DNA from: Octopus bimaculoides | Taxonomy: Eukaryota | DNA length: 43,832 bases | Assembly: GCF_001194135.2 (NCBI RefSeq) | Contig: NC_068984.1 | Coordinates: forward strand, 13,853,104-13,896,935 | Reading direction: 5' to 3' | In this document: positions 25,385 through 35,480 of the stretch, piece by piece | Layout of the letters: each line of letters starts with the position of its first letter | How positions within the stretch are numbered: the stretch's first letter is position 1 | Notes under the pieces: generated by a model | What the model saw: only the letters and a program-made list of their open reading frames with translations | Told to the model about the DNA's origin: nothing | Databases searched by the model: none | Translations under genes and position numbers: made by a program

Positions 25385-25600
25385 GGCAGCGAGCTGGCAG
25401 AATATTTAGCACGCCGGGCAAAATGTTTAGCAGCATTTCGTCCGTCTTTACGTTCTTGGTTCAAATTCCGCCGAGGTCGACTTTTCCTTTTCTTTTTGGG
25501 GGTCCATAAATTAAATACCAGTGGAGTACTATGGTCGATGTAATCGATTAGTCTCCTGCACCAAAATTTCAGGCCCATGCCTTGTGTAGAATGGATTATC
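25383..25600 (+). mobile_element. SINE family B
   Basis: AAGGCAGCGAGCTGGCAGAAT...GGTTCAAATTCCGCCGAGGTCGAC...; begins right after (TAT)n and ends in an ATT-rich tail. Confidence 0.9.
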
Positions 25601-26149
25601 ATAATTATTTTTACCATCAACATCCTAGTTACTAGAATTTCATTTGACATTAATATTAATTTCATTCAATTATATATATGCGGCAGCTTTCAAATCTGGT
25701 AAGTAGTGGGAGGAGAATAAAATTTATTTCTAGTCTCAGTACACCAAACGTTCTTTCTTTCCGACGCTTAAAACGCTAAGCAAAGCAGATTTCTTTCGTT
25801 GGTTGTTAATATTGAAATGTTTTGTTGTTACTATTATATTTCTGAAACACAATAGAAGAGTTTGAAGTTAATTGTTGATTTATTTTATTCTGTAACTTTG
25901 AGGGCAAATTCTATTGATATTTCTCCGACAAGATTTATCACTTCATAACATAATTCAGTAATTCAACCATTGAATGAGGAGAGAAAAATTTAATGCTCCA
26001 GTGTATTGGTGTTGAAACTATTAACTTGTTCGATGGTATATTCTTCATAGTCTACAGTTTGCCTTATAGATTTAACCGTATCGCTCGTCTGTACTTAAAG
26101 TTAAACGTGCTTTAAGCGCAATCACGCCCCACCATGGCAAATAACTGTA

Positions 26150-26275
26150 CAGTAGAACCTCAGTTTACGAACAACTCTGGTCACGAATAAATCGTACTTT
26201 ATCTCCTGTTTTTTTATATTCATTTAATATAGTAGTATCCCGGTTTACGAACGACTCTAATCACGAATAAATCGT
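26150..26275 (+). mobile_element. Two tandem Tigger/pogo-like transposon end fragments
   Basis: CAGTAGAACCTCAGTTTACGAACAACTCTGGTCACGAATAAATCGT (26150) and TAGTAGTATCCCGGTTTACGAACGACTCTAATCACGAATAAATCGT (26230), 80-bp offset, each preceded by TA. Confidence 0.5.
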
Positions 26276-26311
26276 GCTTTATATCTATCTATCTATCTAT
26301 CTATCTATCTG

Positions 26312-26425
<114 letters not shown>

Positions 26426-26429
26426 TATA

Positions 26430-27110
26430 TGGGGTGAATTCACACGAAAAAAAAACAAAGGACAGGTGGTGTAGACAACATACAGATGTATTAGTTTAAC
26501 GCTCGGGAAGTGAAAAAGTCTCTAACGTTTCGAACCTACGCTCTTCCACAGAAAGGAACACAGAAAGAAACAGGGAGAGAAAATTGAGAATGTGTAGTGG
26601 CTACCGATCTATCATGGCGAATGCCGGATAGAGGGGTCACGCAGGAAACTAGGAAAAAGGGGAGATAATAAAGTAGTGGTGATCCAAACACGAAGGTGCG
26701 CGTGCGTGTGTATAAAAGAGCATGTATGTGCATGTGGAAGAGGGCTGGTGATCTTGACGTGTGCGTGTGCATGTGTAGGTGTGTGGATGATGGTGTGGGT
26801 GCTTGGAAATGGTCAGTGCTAGTGTGTGCGTCGTGGTGTGATGTGGTGTGGTGAAGTGGTGTTGGGTTGTGGGAGAGGCGAGAGTTCGGAAAGCAACGGT
26901 GGGGTGTGGGTTAGACTGAGGGTAAAGGTGGGGGGGATATGTGGGAGTGGGTGTAATGGGTTGGTTGGGTGGGATGGATGGAATGTATAGTGGTCTCTTC
27001 CCAAAGGTTAGTGTCTTTCGACTTTTTGAAAAGGTTATTTTCTCAATCTTAACTCTTTGAGAAAAATCTTCTCTCCAAATATTATAACTGTATCAAGGAA
27101 TTTCCAAAAC
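26430..27110 (-). mobile_element. Probable Penelope-like element fragment (pLTR-like region)
   Basis: Contains a hammerhead-like motif on the minus strand (CTGTGGAAGAGCGTAGGTTCGAAACGTTA, ~26523-26551) and a strongly G/T-skewed block. The family assignment is from recall, not from an intact ORF. Confidence 0.4.
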
Positions 27111-27422
27111 ACGATATATATANNNNNNNNNNNNNNNNNNNNNNNNNNNNNNNNNNNNNNNNNNNNNNNNNNNNNNNNNNNNNNNNNNNNNNNNNNNNNN
27201 NNNNNNNNNNNNNNNNNNNNNNNNNNNNNNNNNNNNNNNNNNNNNNNNNNNNNNNNNNNNNNNNNNNNNNNNNNNNNNNNNNNNTATATATATATAACGA
27301 TATATTCGTCATCAGAGTTGTTCGAAAACGAGGTACGACTGTATATACAAGAGAAGCATTTGTTTGTTTCTTTTCATTTACGGTACTGTAACCTATTTGA
27401 AGTCTTTCCTACGTCATACATT

Positions 27423-27640
27423 ATCCCTGCTATATGCACAAGGCCTAAAATTTTGAAGGAGGACACAACTCTATTGCATCACTCCCAGTGATCGACTGAT
27501 GCTTATTTTATCGACTCCGAAATGATGAAAGGCAACATCGACCTCAGCATAATTTGAACTCTGAACCCAGGGCGTAAAACCAGATGAAATACTGCTAAGT
27601 ATTTTGTCCAGCGTGCTATCATTCTGCCAGCGCGCAACCT
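27423..27640 (-). mobile_element. SINE family B
   Basis: Reverse complement of the family B sequence (TTTTATCGACTCCGAAATGATGAAAGGCAACATCGACCTCAG...ATTCTGCCAGCGCGC). Confidence 0.8.
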
Positions 27641-27784
27641 TCACTCTTTACTTATGTCCGTATTGCTAACAATATATATATAACGATCTGTGTGTTAGGA
27701 ACTTTAGATTAGATATTGGACAACGATGAACTTTTGCCTTCCGTCTCTTTATTTTAACCAGTTTATCTCGTTAATAGTTTATCT

Positions 27785-28415
27785 CGTTTACTGGTTTCAA
27801 TCATTGGACAGCGGTCAAGGCTGTGCATCGCCTTCAAGGGTTTTGATTGAACAGATCGTCCACCCCTAGTATTTATATTCTTTTCTTTAAGTCTGCTACA
27901 CATTCCACCGTTTCTTTTTCCTGCCGAACCGCTAAGTTATGAAGACGTAAACAGACGAACACCAGTTGTGAAACAGTGTTTGGAGATAGGCTGCATATAT
28001 TCTTTACACCGAATTCGCTCACAAGCCTTGATCCGCTTGAAGCTATAGTAAATGACGCTTGCCTAAGGTGTCGCGCAATGGGACTGAACCCGAAACCAGA
28101 TGGTTACAAAGCGAGCTTCTATAGCTAATACGACTCGATACCAGTACAAAGTCTTGACTCCATATCTGCCGATACTCTAACGATTTGAAGTAATTTGTTT
28201 CATTTGACTCGAGTCGAAAATTCTGGTACCGTGCACTGCTTCTTAGCATAACACGAAATATATCTTCTCTTCGTTTCTGTCTATCACATCTACTCACAAA
28301 CATTTTGGTCCGACCTTGAGAATCGGTAAGAAACATTTTACAAAAGTGTCATGCAGTGACACAGAAATCGAAACCGCCCAAGAATGCAAAGTGAGTGCTT
28401 AACCACACAGCCATT
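27785..28415 (-). mobile_element. Diverged SINE family A copy plus a second partial head
   Basis: Tail at 27785-27975, head to ~28120 (GGGACTGAACCCGAAACC), and a more degraded head at ~28290-28415 ending AACCACACAGCCA. Confidence 0.65.
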
Positions 28416-28639
28416 CAATAAATTCTAGATTCGAATATTTCGAAACAATTCCGGTACAGTATTATCTGTTTGTTGCAATCAGTCACCTAGAAAACAATTA
28501 ATTATTATTCACTTTTATTTTAGTCTAAACTGAATACATCTTCAACATAGAACTTGATTTTTTTTTTTTCTGTAAACAATGCAAAGCAAAACCGTCGTTT
28601 TCCCCGCTTTCGCAATTCTTCGGATTCTGTTCTTTTTCC

Positions 28640-29035
28640 CATCTTTTTCTTTCTATTTCTCCTTCTCCTTTCGTTCATTCTTCTCCTCCTCTTCCTCCCT
28701 CATTTTCTTCTCCTCCATCTTCTCTTCCTCTTTTTCTACTTTACTTTCATATTCTTCTCCTCTTTCGTTTTTTCTTTTCTCCGTCTTCTCTTTCTTCTCC
28801 TTCTCCATCTTTCTTCTCTTTCAACAACAACTGGTCCCCCATTTTTCATTTACCTTCCTCACGAACCAAATATAACGCAACACAATGTTTTAAGTCTGTA
28901 CGCTTTCTTCCTCTCCACTTCCTCCTCCTCCTTCGCCTCATTTTTCTTTGTCTCCTCCATCTGCTACTCTTCTCCCTCCTTCCTATTTCTTCTCCCATTA
29001 CACCTTCTCCTCCTCTATTTTTCTTCTTTACTCGC
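28640..29035. repeat. Pyrimidine-rich (CTT/CCT) low-complexity tract
   Basis: C/T-dominated; source of the F/L/S-rich spurious ORFs. Confidence 0.85.
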
Positions 29036-29346
29036 CTCATTTAATGAAATTCTTTGGGTTTCTACTCAAGACTTAGGCTGTTTCTGAGGGAAATTCCTCC
29101 ACTATTTTCATCATATTAAGCATCTACTTGGGGTCTCTGTTGTTGAATCAGTGAGTTAGCTATGGGACTGTTACTATTTAGTTAAACAGAGGTACCAGTA
29201 TTTCAGTAACGGACTGATATAATATTTGTAGGGATTTACTAAATGATTAGTTATAAAGCTCTACAAATTAGGCTGAGCAATGATTTGTCAGGAAGTTTGT
29301 TAGTTGAAAACTGTGTGGTACAAGGCCCTCCAATATTTCTAAATAC

Positions 29347-29381
<35 letters not shown>

Positions 29382-29567
29382 NNNNNNNNNNNNNNNNNNN
29401 NNNNNNNNNNNNNNNNNNNNNNNNNNNNNNNNNNNNNNNNNTATATATATTTCTTTATTACCGACAGGGGGCTAAACATAGAGGGGACAAGCAAGGATAG
29501 ACGTAACGGCAAACGAAATACCGCTAGGCAGCTTGCCGCACTTTTTTATATATATATATATATATAT

Positions 29568-30075
29568 GCAAGCGTGTCTGAGTGGTAAGAAGCTATTTTT
29601 TCAACCACAGTTGGCAAGTGTCTTCTACTATAGCCTCGGGTCAACCGAAACCTTGTGAGTGGATTTGGTAGATGGAAATTGTAAGAAGCCCGTCGTGTAT
29701 GTAACCAATAGAAAAGTAACCAATAGAATAAGTATTAGGCTTACAAGAAATAAGTTATGCGGTCGAATTTTTCGACTAAAGGCGGTGCTCCAGCATGGCC
29801 GCAGTTAAATGACTAAAACAAATAAAAGAATATATGTGTGTATGGGTGTATTATTGTGTATGTGTTTATGTCTTGTGTCCATCTCTCGCATCTGTTTCAG
29901 AACAGATGTTGGTTTGTTTACTTCCCCGTAACTTAGTGTTTCCATTAAAACAAGACGAAAACGAAAGAATAAGTATGAGTGTTATAAATATGTTCTGGAA
30001 TCGATCTTTTCGACTAAAGCGTTGAAGGTTGTGCTCCAGCATGACCTTTTTCCAATGATTGAAACAAGTAAAAGA
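29568..30075 (+). mobile_element. Internally deleted SINE family A copy followed by a second diverged tail
   Basis: Head and tail fused at 29568-29830 (with a GTAACCAATAGAA tandem duplication); separate older tail at 29860-30075. Confidence 0.75.
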
Positions 30076-30194
30076 TCGTTGGGGGTTGTGAAGATTAGCG
30101 TCCGTAGTGACTTTAAAGATTTGACTTCGTTAATAATGAATTTAGAGTTCGAAACACAGGAGTTGTATGTTTTATGCTTTTGTATTTGTTCTCT

Positions 30195-30582
30195 CTTTAC
30201 CCTCTTTTACTTGTTTCAGTCATTTGACTGCGGCCATGCTGTAGCAACGCCTTTAGTCGAGCAAATCGACCCCAGGACATATTCTTTGCAAGCCTAGTAC
30301 TTATTCTATCGGTTTCTTTTGCCGAACCGCTAGAATACGAGGACCTAAACACACCAGCATCGGTTGTCAAGCAATGTTGGGGGGACAAACACATATATAT
30401 ATATACATATACATATATATATACGACGGGCTTCTTTCAGTTTCCGTCTACCAAATCAACTCACAAGGCTTCGGTCGGCCCGAGGCTATAGTAGAAGACA
30501 CTTACCCAAGGTGCCATGCTGTAGGAATGAACCCATAACTATGTGGTTGGTAAGCAAGCTATTTACCACACAGCCACTCCTG
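30195..30582 (-). mobile_element. tRNA-derived SINE family A, well preserved
   Basis: Close reverse-complement match to 762-1168. Confidence 0.9.
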
Positions 30583-30589
30583 GAGAAAA

Positions 30590-31190
30590 CATTACTATAT
30601 CCTAATTGAAGAATGTTCCGAAGGTCTATGCTCATAGATTCAGTGAATGTTGCCTGTAGAGGCATTCTGTGGGTGCGAAAATATGTTGCTTGGTATTAAT
30701 TATCTGCAAAGAAGTGTGAAATGTTAGAAGTCAATGTATATATAGAAGGAAATGTATATCAGATACTACTGGACGTCTGAGCTAGGCCAGAGTAGAAAAA
30801 TTGTCATTGAAGGGGCCTCCTTTAGCACATGTATACCATGGTGCTGTAAGACAGGAAGTATTTCATTGCCGAAATGAGCCAAGTATGTAGATTATTGGCG
30901 TGCAAGCTAACCATGAGTTTCTGGTAATGACATTCGAAGTATTCGCCGATGTCAAGTGTAATAGATTTCCTTTCGATAAAATTCCGGTGAGCAATGTGAG
31001 CATTAGCAGACGATAAAGAATAGTAAATATCCTGAAATCTGTTTCAACGACATGCATAATAGTGGTCATTGAAGAGAAAATATGGAGAATCAATTGATTG
31101 TTGATAACTGTTTCCATTATATTTAAAATGTTGAGAGTCTATGCGATAGACATCGTTGTGTTTTCTCATGGTAGTCTTGCAGGAACTCAT
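30590..31190 (-). mobile_element. CR1/L2/Jockey-group LINE reverse transcriptase fragment (decayed)
   Basis: Minus strand across frameshifts: LNIMETVINNQL, FNDHYYACR (QYGFR-like), TLDIGEYFE (LDISKAFD-like, 30933-30956), SGLAQ (SGVPQG-like), FADN (FADD, 30699-30710), SIDLRNILQLG (DL..I..W-like). The motifs are in the correct RT order. Confidence 0.7.
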
Positions 31191-31879
31191 GTGATTTGTG
31201 GTGGGTAATTTCCGTCAAACCTGAAGATGGTGTTATTTGCCTATACCACTTTAACAAATCTGCAAGTAAACAATTCGCAGGATTTGGTATAATGAGTGTT
31301 GGTTATTATAGAAGGAATGTAAATGGAGACATATTCGTAAAAGAGGAAAGTAACAATATTGAATATTTCTGTTCTGAATCACTCCAACAATAAAAGAGAG
31401 AGACAGAGAGTGTAATTTATGGAAATATATACTTTCGGTAAAGATTTCAATAAAGATGTCTACACACCTATTATTAGGTGCAATTTATAAACCAGCTTGA
31501 CTAATATTCTCAATACACTGATTAACTGTGTTGCTTTCTCCTGTCATGAAGTTGATTCCTATAAGATTCACCCAGTTGTAAATTCCCAGATGTAAAATTC
31601 TCTCTAAATAGTTTCAGTTAAGTGCTTGATCTTGCATAAAAAAGACGTAAGCTTTCACTATCTGATTTCCAGTCATATTATTCTCAATCTAAAGTCACTT
31701 TCTATTCATGGCCTACGTATTATTATTCTTAACATCATTCTTGTTTAGGTTGATAGATGATGGTATATGTTACAGAGTAAACTTTTCTCGCCATTTTATT
31801 CGTTCGCTTATATATTTATTCTCCTCAAATTTTCAAAATTTTCTTACTCAACATTTTCTAATATAAAAGCGAATGGTTC

Positions 31880-32025
31880 CACGCCTGGCTGACTTGTTAA
31901 GAAGCTCGATTCACAACTATGTGGTCTCTGGTTCGATCCTTGTGCGTGACATCTTATCATGTTGCCCTAAAGTTTGTGGAGAAATTAACATAGACGGAAC
32001 CTGTGGAAGACCATCGGAAAGTGCT
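31880..32025 (+). mobile_element. Old tRNA-derived SINE head
   Basis: CCTGGCTGACTTGTTAAG...GGTTCGATCC...AGACGGAACCTGTGGAAGACC, related to the family A head. Confidence 0.5.
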
Positions 32026-32177
32026 GCGTCTGTAATTCAAGGTTCCAAACTTATCACGCACGTGTAACGCTGATTCGATTCCGATAATGGTACACATTTC
32101 TGGGGAATACTGAATTGCTTCGCTCACTAATTCAATGAATAATTCATCCAAATGACTGAACAACTAAACATTCATTC

Positions 32178-32260
32178 ACCGAAAGCGAAGGGCGAGTCTA
32201 TAATGAAAACTAATTTTTCTGGTTCAGTGTCACCATTTAGGGCAAACGACATGTTGACTG
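32178..32260 (-). mobile_element. Possible mariner right end remnant
   Basis: CGAAGGGCGAGTCTATAATGAAAAC resembles a mariner TIR. The minus strand just inside reads FALNGDTE, similar to the mariner C-terminal CI..NGDY.E. Confidence 0.3.
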
Positions 32261-32459
32261 AGGATGCTGCTGTACTCTGTCACCGAATGCAAGCGCCGAA
32301 TCGCACAAGGTGGTGAAGTAGCTTTGTATGTGTTTCAAACCCTTCCACCGTGACACAAGTATTGTTCGGGGCCACCCACCGATGTAGACAAAATTGTAGA
32401 TGAACAGCACGAGCTTTGTTCGGTTCCATGTTCCAACTCTAGATCAGATTAACTTGCCT

Positions 32460-32878
32460 CCTTTGCTTGTTTAACTCATTAGACTGCGACCATGCTGGGG
32501 CACCACCTTGAAGAATATTAGTCGAATGAATAGACCCCTGTATTTATTTGTATTCTAAACCTGGTTCTTATTTTATTATCCCGTTTACCGAACCGCTAAG
32601 TTGCTGGGATGTAAACACAACAACACTGGTTGTAAATCAGTGTGTGCGAGTGAGTGTGTGTATATGTGTGTATGCGTGTGTGTTTGTGTGAGCGTGTGTG
32701 TGTGTGTCTACGACGGACATCTTTCAATTTCCTTCTTCTAAATCCACTCACAAGGCTTTGGTAGGTCCTTGGCTATTGTAGAAGACACTTGCCCAAGAGC
32801 CACGAGCCACGCTGGGGGACTGAACCCGGAACCATGTGCTCCAGGAAGCAAAGCTCTTACCGCAAAACCACGCCTATA
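32460..32878 (-). mobile_element. SINE family A, older subfamily
   Basis: Tail with a CCTTGAAG insertion, TG spacer and head ending CCACGCCTATA. Confidence 0.85.
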
Positions 32879-33711
32879 CATTGAGGTTGTTTCTATCATC
32901 CTAAATGCTCAATCTTTCAGCATCATTCATCCTGTCTCTTGAACCTGTTTTCCCAGCAGTTTCTGACAAAATTGTTTATCTTCTTCGATACTAGTCCAGG
33001 ACTTCTGAGAATTCGATGGAACCTGGTTTTAACAAATCCTCGTACGCCTATCTCTGCAGGAATATATGGTCTCTCAGCCATTGTTTTCACATTCAAATTG
33101 CACAGTAAAATTTGAAATATTGAATTCTATTTAAATCCATCAAAAAATGACAGCAACAGTTTCTAAAGAAGAATGGATTAATTTTTCATTTTTAATCATT
33201 CAATGTCATTTATTAACAGCAAATATGTGATCTTAGAAACCTTCTCTCAAAATTTACATGTAATTCTTGTCACATATCAAATCACTTTAAAACGTTTAGA
33301 CATTGTCATCCAATATTAGAGTCTCACTTATCTTCCTCTCGTAATGGTTATTCTTTTATTCTTTCACTAGCTTCTTTATGGAGTGTGGCCATGCTGGAGC
33401 AGCGCCTGCAGGAATTCCAGTCGATTATTTTGTTCCTAGTACATAGCCTGCTAGTCATTAACTATCGAATAGTTATATTTGCTTCCAGTTTACACTGACT
33501 TAACTTGACGTTAACTCAAAATGTAATCAACAGAAGGCATTATTGTTCGACGCACGCATTTATCCAGACAAATGCGAACATATACACAAACACACATACC
33601 CCGTTCTTCCCTCTTTTAATAAGTATCTCTGAAATGTTGCTTCATGAATTATGGTTTTACTACCACACCAACAACAACAAATATTGCGATTACTGCTACT
33701 ATATTCCTTGA

Positions 33712-33779
<68 letters not shown>

Positions 33780-33784
33780 TTGTT
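33712..33784. repeat. (TAC)n(TGC)n(TGT) compound microsatellite
   Basis: Direct reading; lies at the 3' flank of the second R4-type element. Confidence 0.95.
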
Positions 33785-34455
33785 TACGATTAATCAGCAT
33801 ATTTTAATCAATCACTTGCCGCGTTATACCAAGCGCCTAAGGACAAGTGGAGGTTAAAAGATGTCGAAATATAACTGAAAAGCTTGGTGAGGGAAAGTAT
33901 CGAGGGCCGTAGAGAAATACGTCCATAAAATACAACACAAGCATTTAAATAGATAGGGTTTTTCTAAGGATGTGAGCAGTACGTGTCAGCACAACCTTTT
34001 GGATTTCTTTGAGACATAATTCTCCTGTGATGCTGTCTAAATATTTCTGGCATCCCTGTTTTATCATACCTGGGGCGCCTACAATAACAGGAACAGTTTT
34101 TGCTTTAAGATTCAACACCATTTGTATTACAATTTCCAGGTCGTTATCTTTACTAAGTCTGTCAAACTTATTTACAGATATATTTTTATCAGTAGAGACA
34201 CTTACATCTATTAATATATAAGTACGTTCTGCTGTCTTTAATAATTATATTCTGTCAGTGTTGTGTCAAAAATCTCAGAGGACGGTGACATTTTTACCTT
34301 CAACAACTTGCTCAGAATGATTATCATTCCATTTAGGAGGGGTACTGGTTTTGTAGTGTTAACATATTTTCCAATGTAATACTGTCCTACCCTATCGTGG
34401 TGATTTGTGTATTCGTTTGTTATCAGCACAGGACATACCGAAACAAGATGGTCTC
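33785..34455 (-). mobile_element. R4/Dong-type non-LTR retrotransposon, 5'-truncated (part of CCHC knuckle, RLE, 3' UTR)
   Basis: Minus strand: DHLVSVCPVL..EYTNHHDRVGQY/HWKIC*HY...EQVVEGKNVTVL*DF, then ILIDVSVSTDKNISVNKFDRLSKDNDLEIVIQMVLNLKAKTVPVIVGAPG...EIQKVVLTRTAHILRKTLSI*, with the stop at 33945-33947. Confidence 0.85.
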
Positions 34456-34509
34456 TGCTACTCCAGACTGATGACGAGCAAAGACTCAGAAACATGTCTC
34501 TGGATGCAG
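34455..34509 (+). ncRNA. Minimal type I hammerhead ribozyme motif
   Basis: Stem I TCCAGA (34462-67)/TCTGGA (34499-504), extended by CTGC/GCAG. Core CTGATGA (34468-74). Stem II GAG-CAAAGA-CTC with a C.A mismatch at its base. GAAA (34489-92), palindromic ACATGT stem III, TC cleavage site (34497-98). Confidence 0.7.
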
Positions 34510-34696
34510 GCTTAGCTGGGTAGAGGTGCTTGTCTCCTCCTTGTAAACATAAGGACACATGAAATGTGTCNNNNNNNNNNCCTCCTTGTAAACATAAGGA
34601 CACATGAAATGTGTCAAGGCCGATAGGAAGCGGTGCAGCTTCCTAGGTCTAACCAACAGTAGTATTATTCCCTTCAGGGGACTGTCATATTAAGTT

Positions 34697-35010
34697 GTCG
34701 GTTACGACGGCGAGTATTCCAGTTGATCCGATCAACGGAACAGCCTGCTCGTCAAATTAACGTGCAACTGGCTGAGCACTCCACAGACACGTGTACACTT
34801 AACGTAGTACTCGGGAAAATTTAGCGTGACACGGAGTGTGACAAAGCTGGCAATTTGAAATACAGACACAAGAGAAACAGGAAGAAAGAGAGGAAATTGT
34901 GTGAGAGAGTACAGCAGAGTTTAGGTTTTTTTCACCCAGTCTGGGAATCGAAACAGCGATCCTACGACTGCGAGTCCGCTACCCTAACCACTGGGCCATT
35001 GCGCCTCCAC
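34697..35010 (-). mobile_element. tRNA-derived SINE family C (internally deleted)
   Basis: Minus-strand head GTGGAGGCGCAATGGCCCAGTGGTTAGGG...TTTCGATTCCCAG (A and B boxes), followed by a core containing GTGCTCAGCCAGTTGCACGTTAATTTGACGAGCAGGCTGTTCCGTTGATCGGATCAAC. Confidence 0.8.
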
Positions 35011-35279
35011 ATCCACACTAAGTAGTCAAGTTAAGTATATCTTAGTATCTTGCTTAATACCAAGCGATTATATCTGTTCGATATACAAAACAATGTATTT
35101 ACTACGAAGCACGTGTTCTTCGATGCGTGTTCATTTATTTACACTGTATCCACATGTTTAAAGCACCGATTATATTCATTGAGGAGAGGACACCTTATAT
35201 GGTTATCTAAAGTAACAAGGGGTGACGAGAAGGAAATTAAACCGTCAGCATACTTTATTGTCAGTCTCAAATATGCTTC

Positions 35280-35480
35280 TTTAGTAACAGTGATTTCAAC
35301 AATGCGGTTTACACAGGCATTGATTTCAATGGACCGGTTTAAATACCAGCTGACCAGCGGCAGAAAATATAATTTCCTCTCAGACATCAAGCCTTGTACT
35401 GACGACCATAAGTCGTTATTAAAGTACTTCTTACCTACTTCTTTTGAGTAGTTGGATAGAATTTAATCAACAGTATTTCC
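35280..35480 (-). mobile_element. Possible hAT transposase C-terminal (dimerisation domain) remnant
   Basis: Minus strand, across one frameshift: KEVGKKYF...SVQGLMSER / IFSAAGQLV ... VNRIV, resembling the SER.FS.AG motif. Confidence 0.35.

Noticed and set aside
34536-34615. Perfect 35-bp direct repeat flanking a 10-N gap
   Set aside because: Identical sequence on both sides of a minimal gap is the signature of unmerged overlapping contig ends, so likely an assembly artefact rather than a TSD or LTR.
34920-35010. tRNA-like sequence on the minus strand
   Set aside because: It has A and B boxes but no acceptor-stem closure and continues into a SINE body; it is a SINE head, not a tRNA gene.
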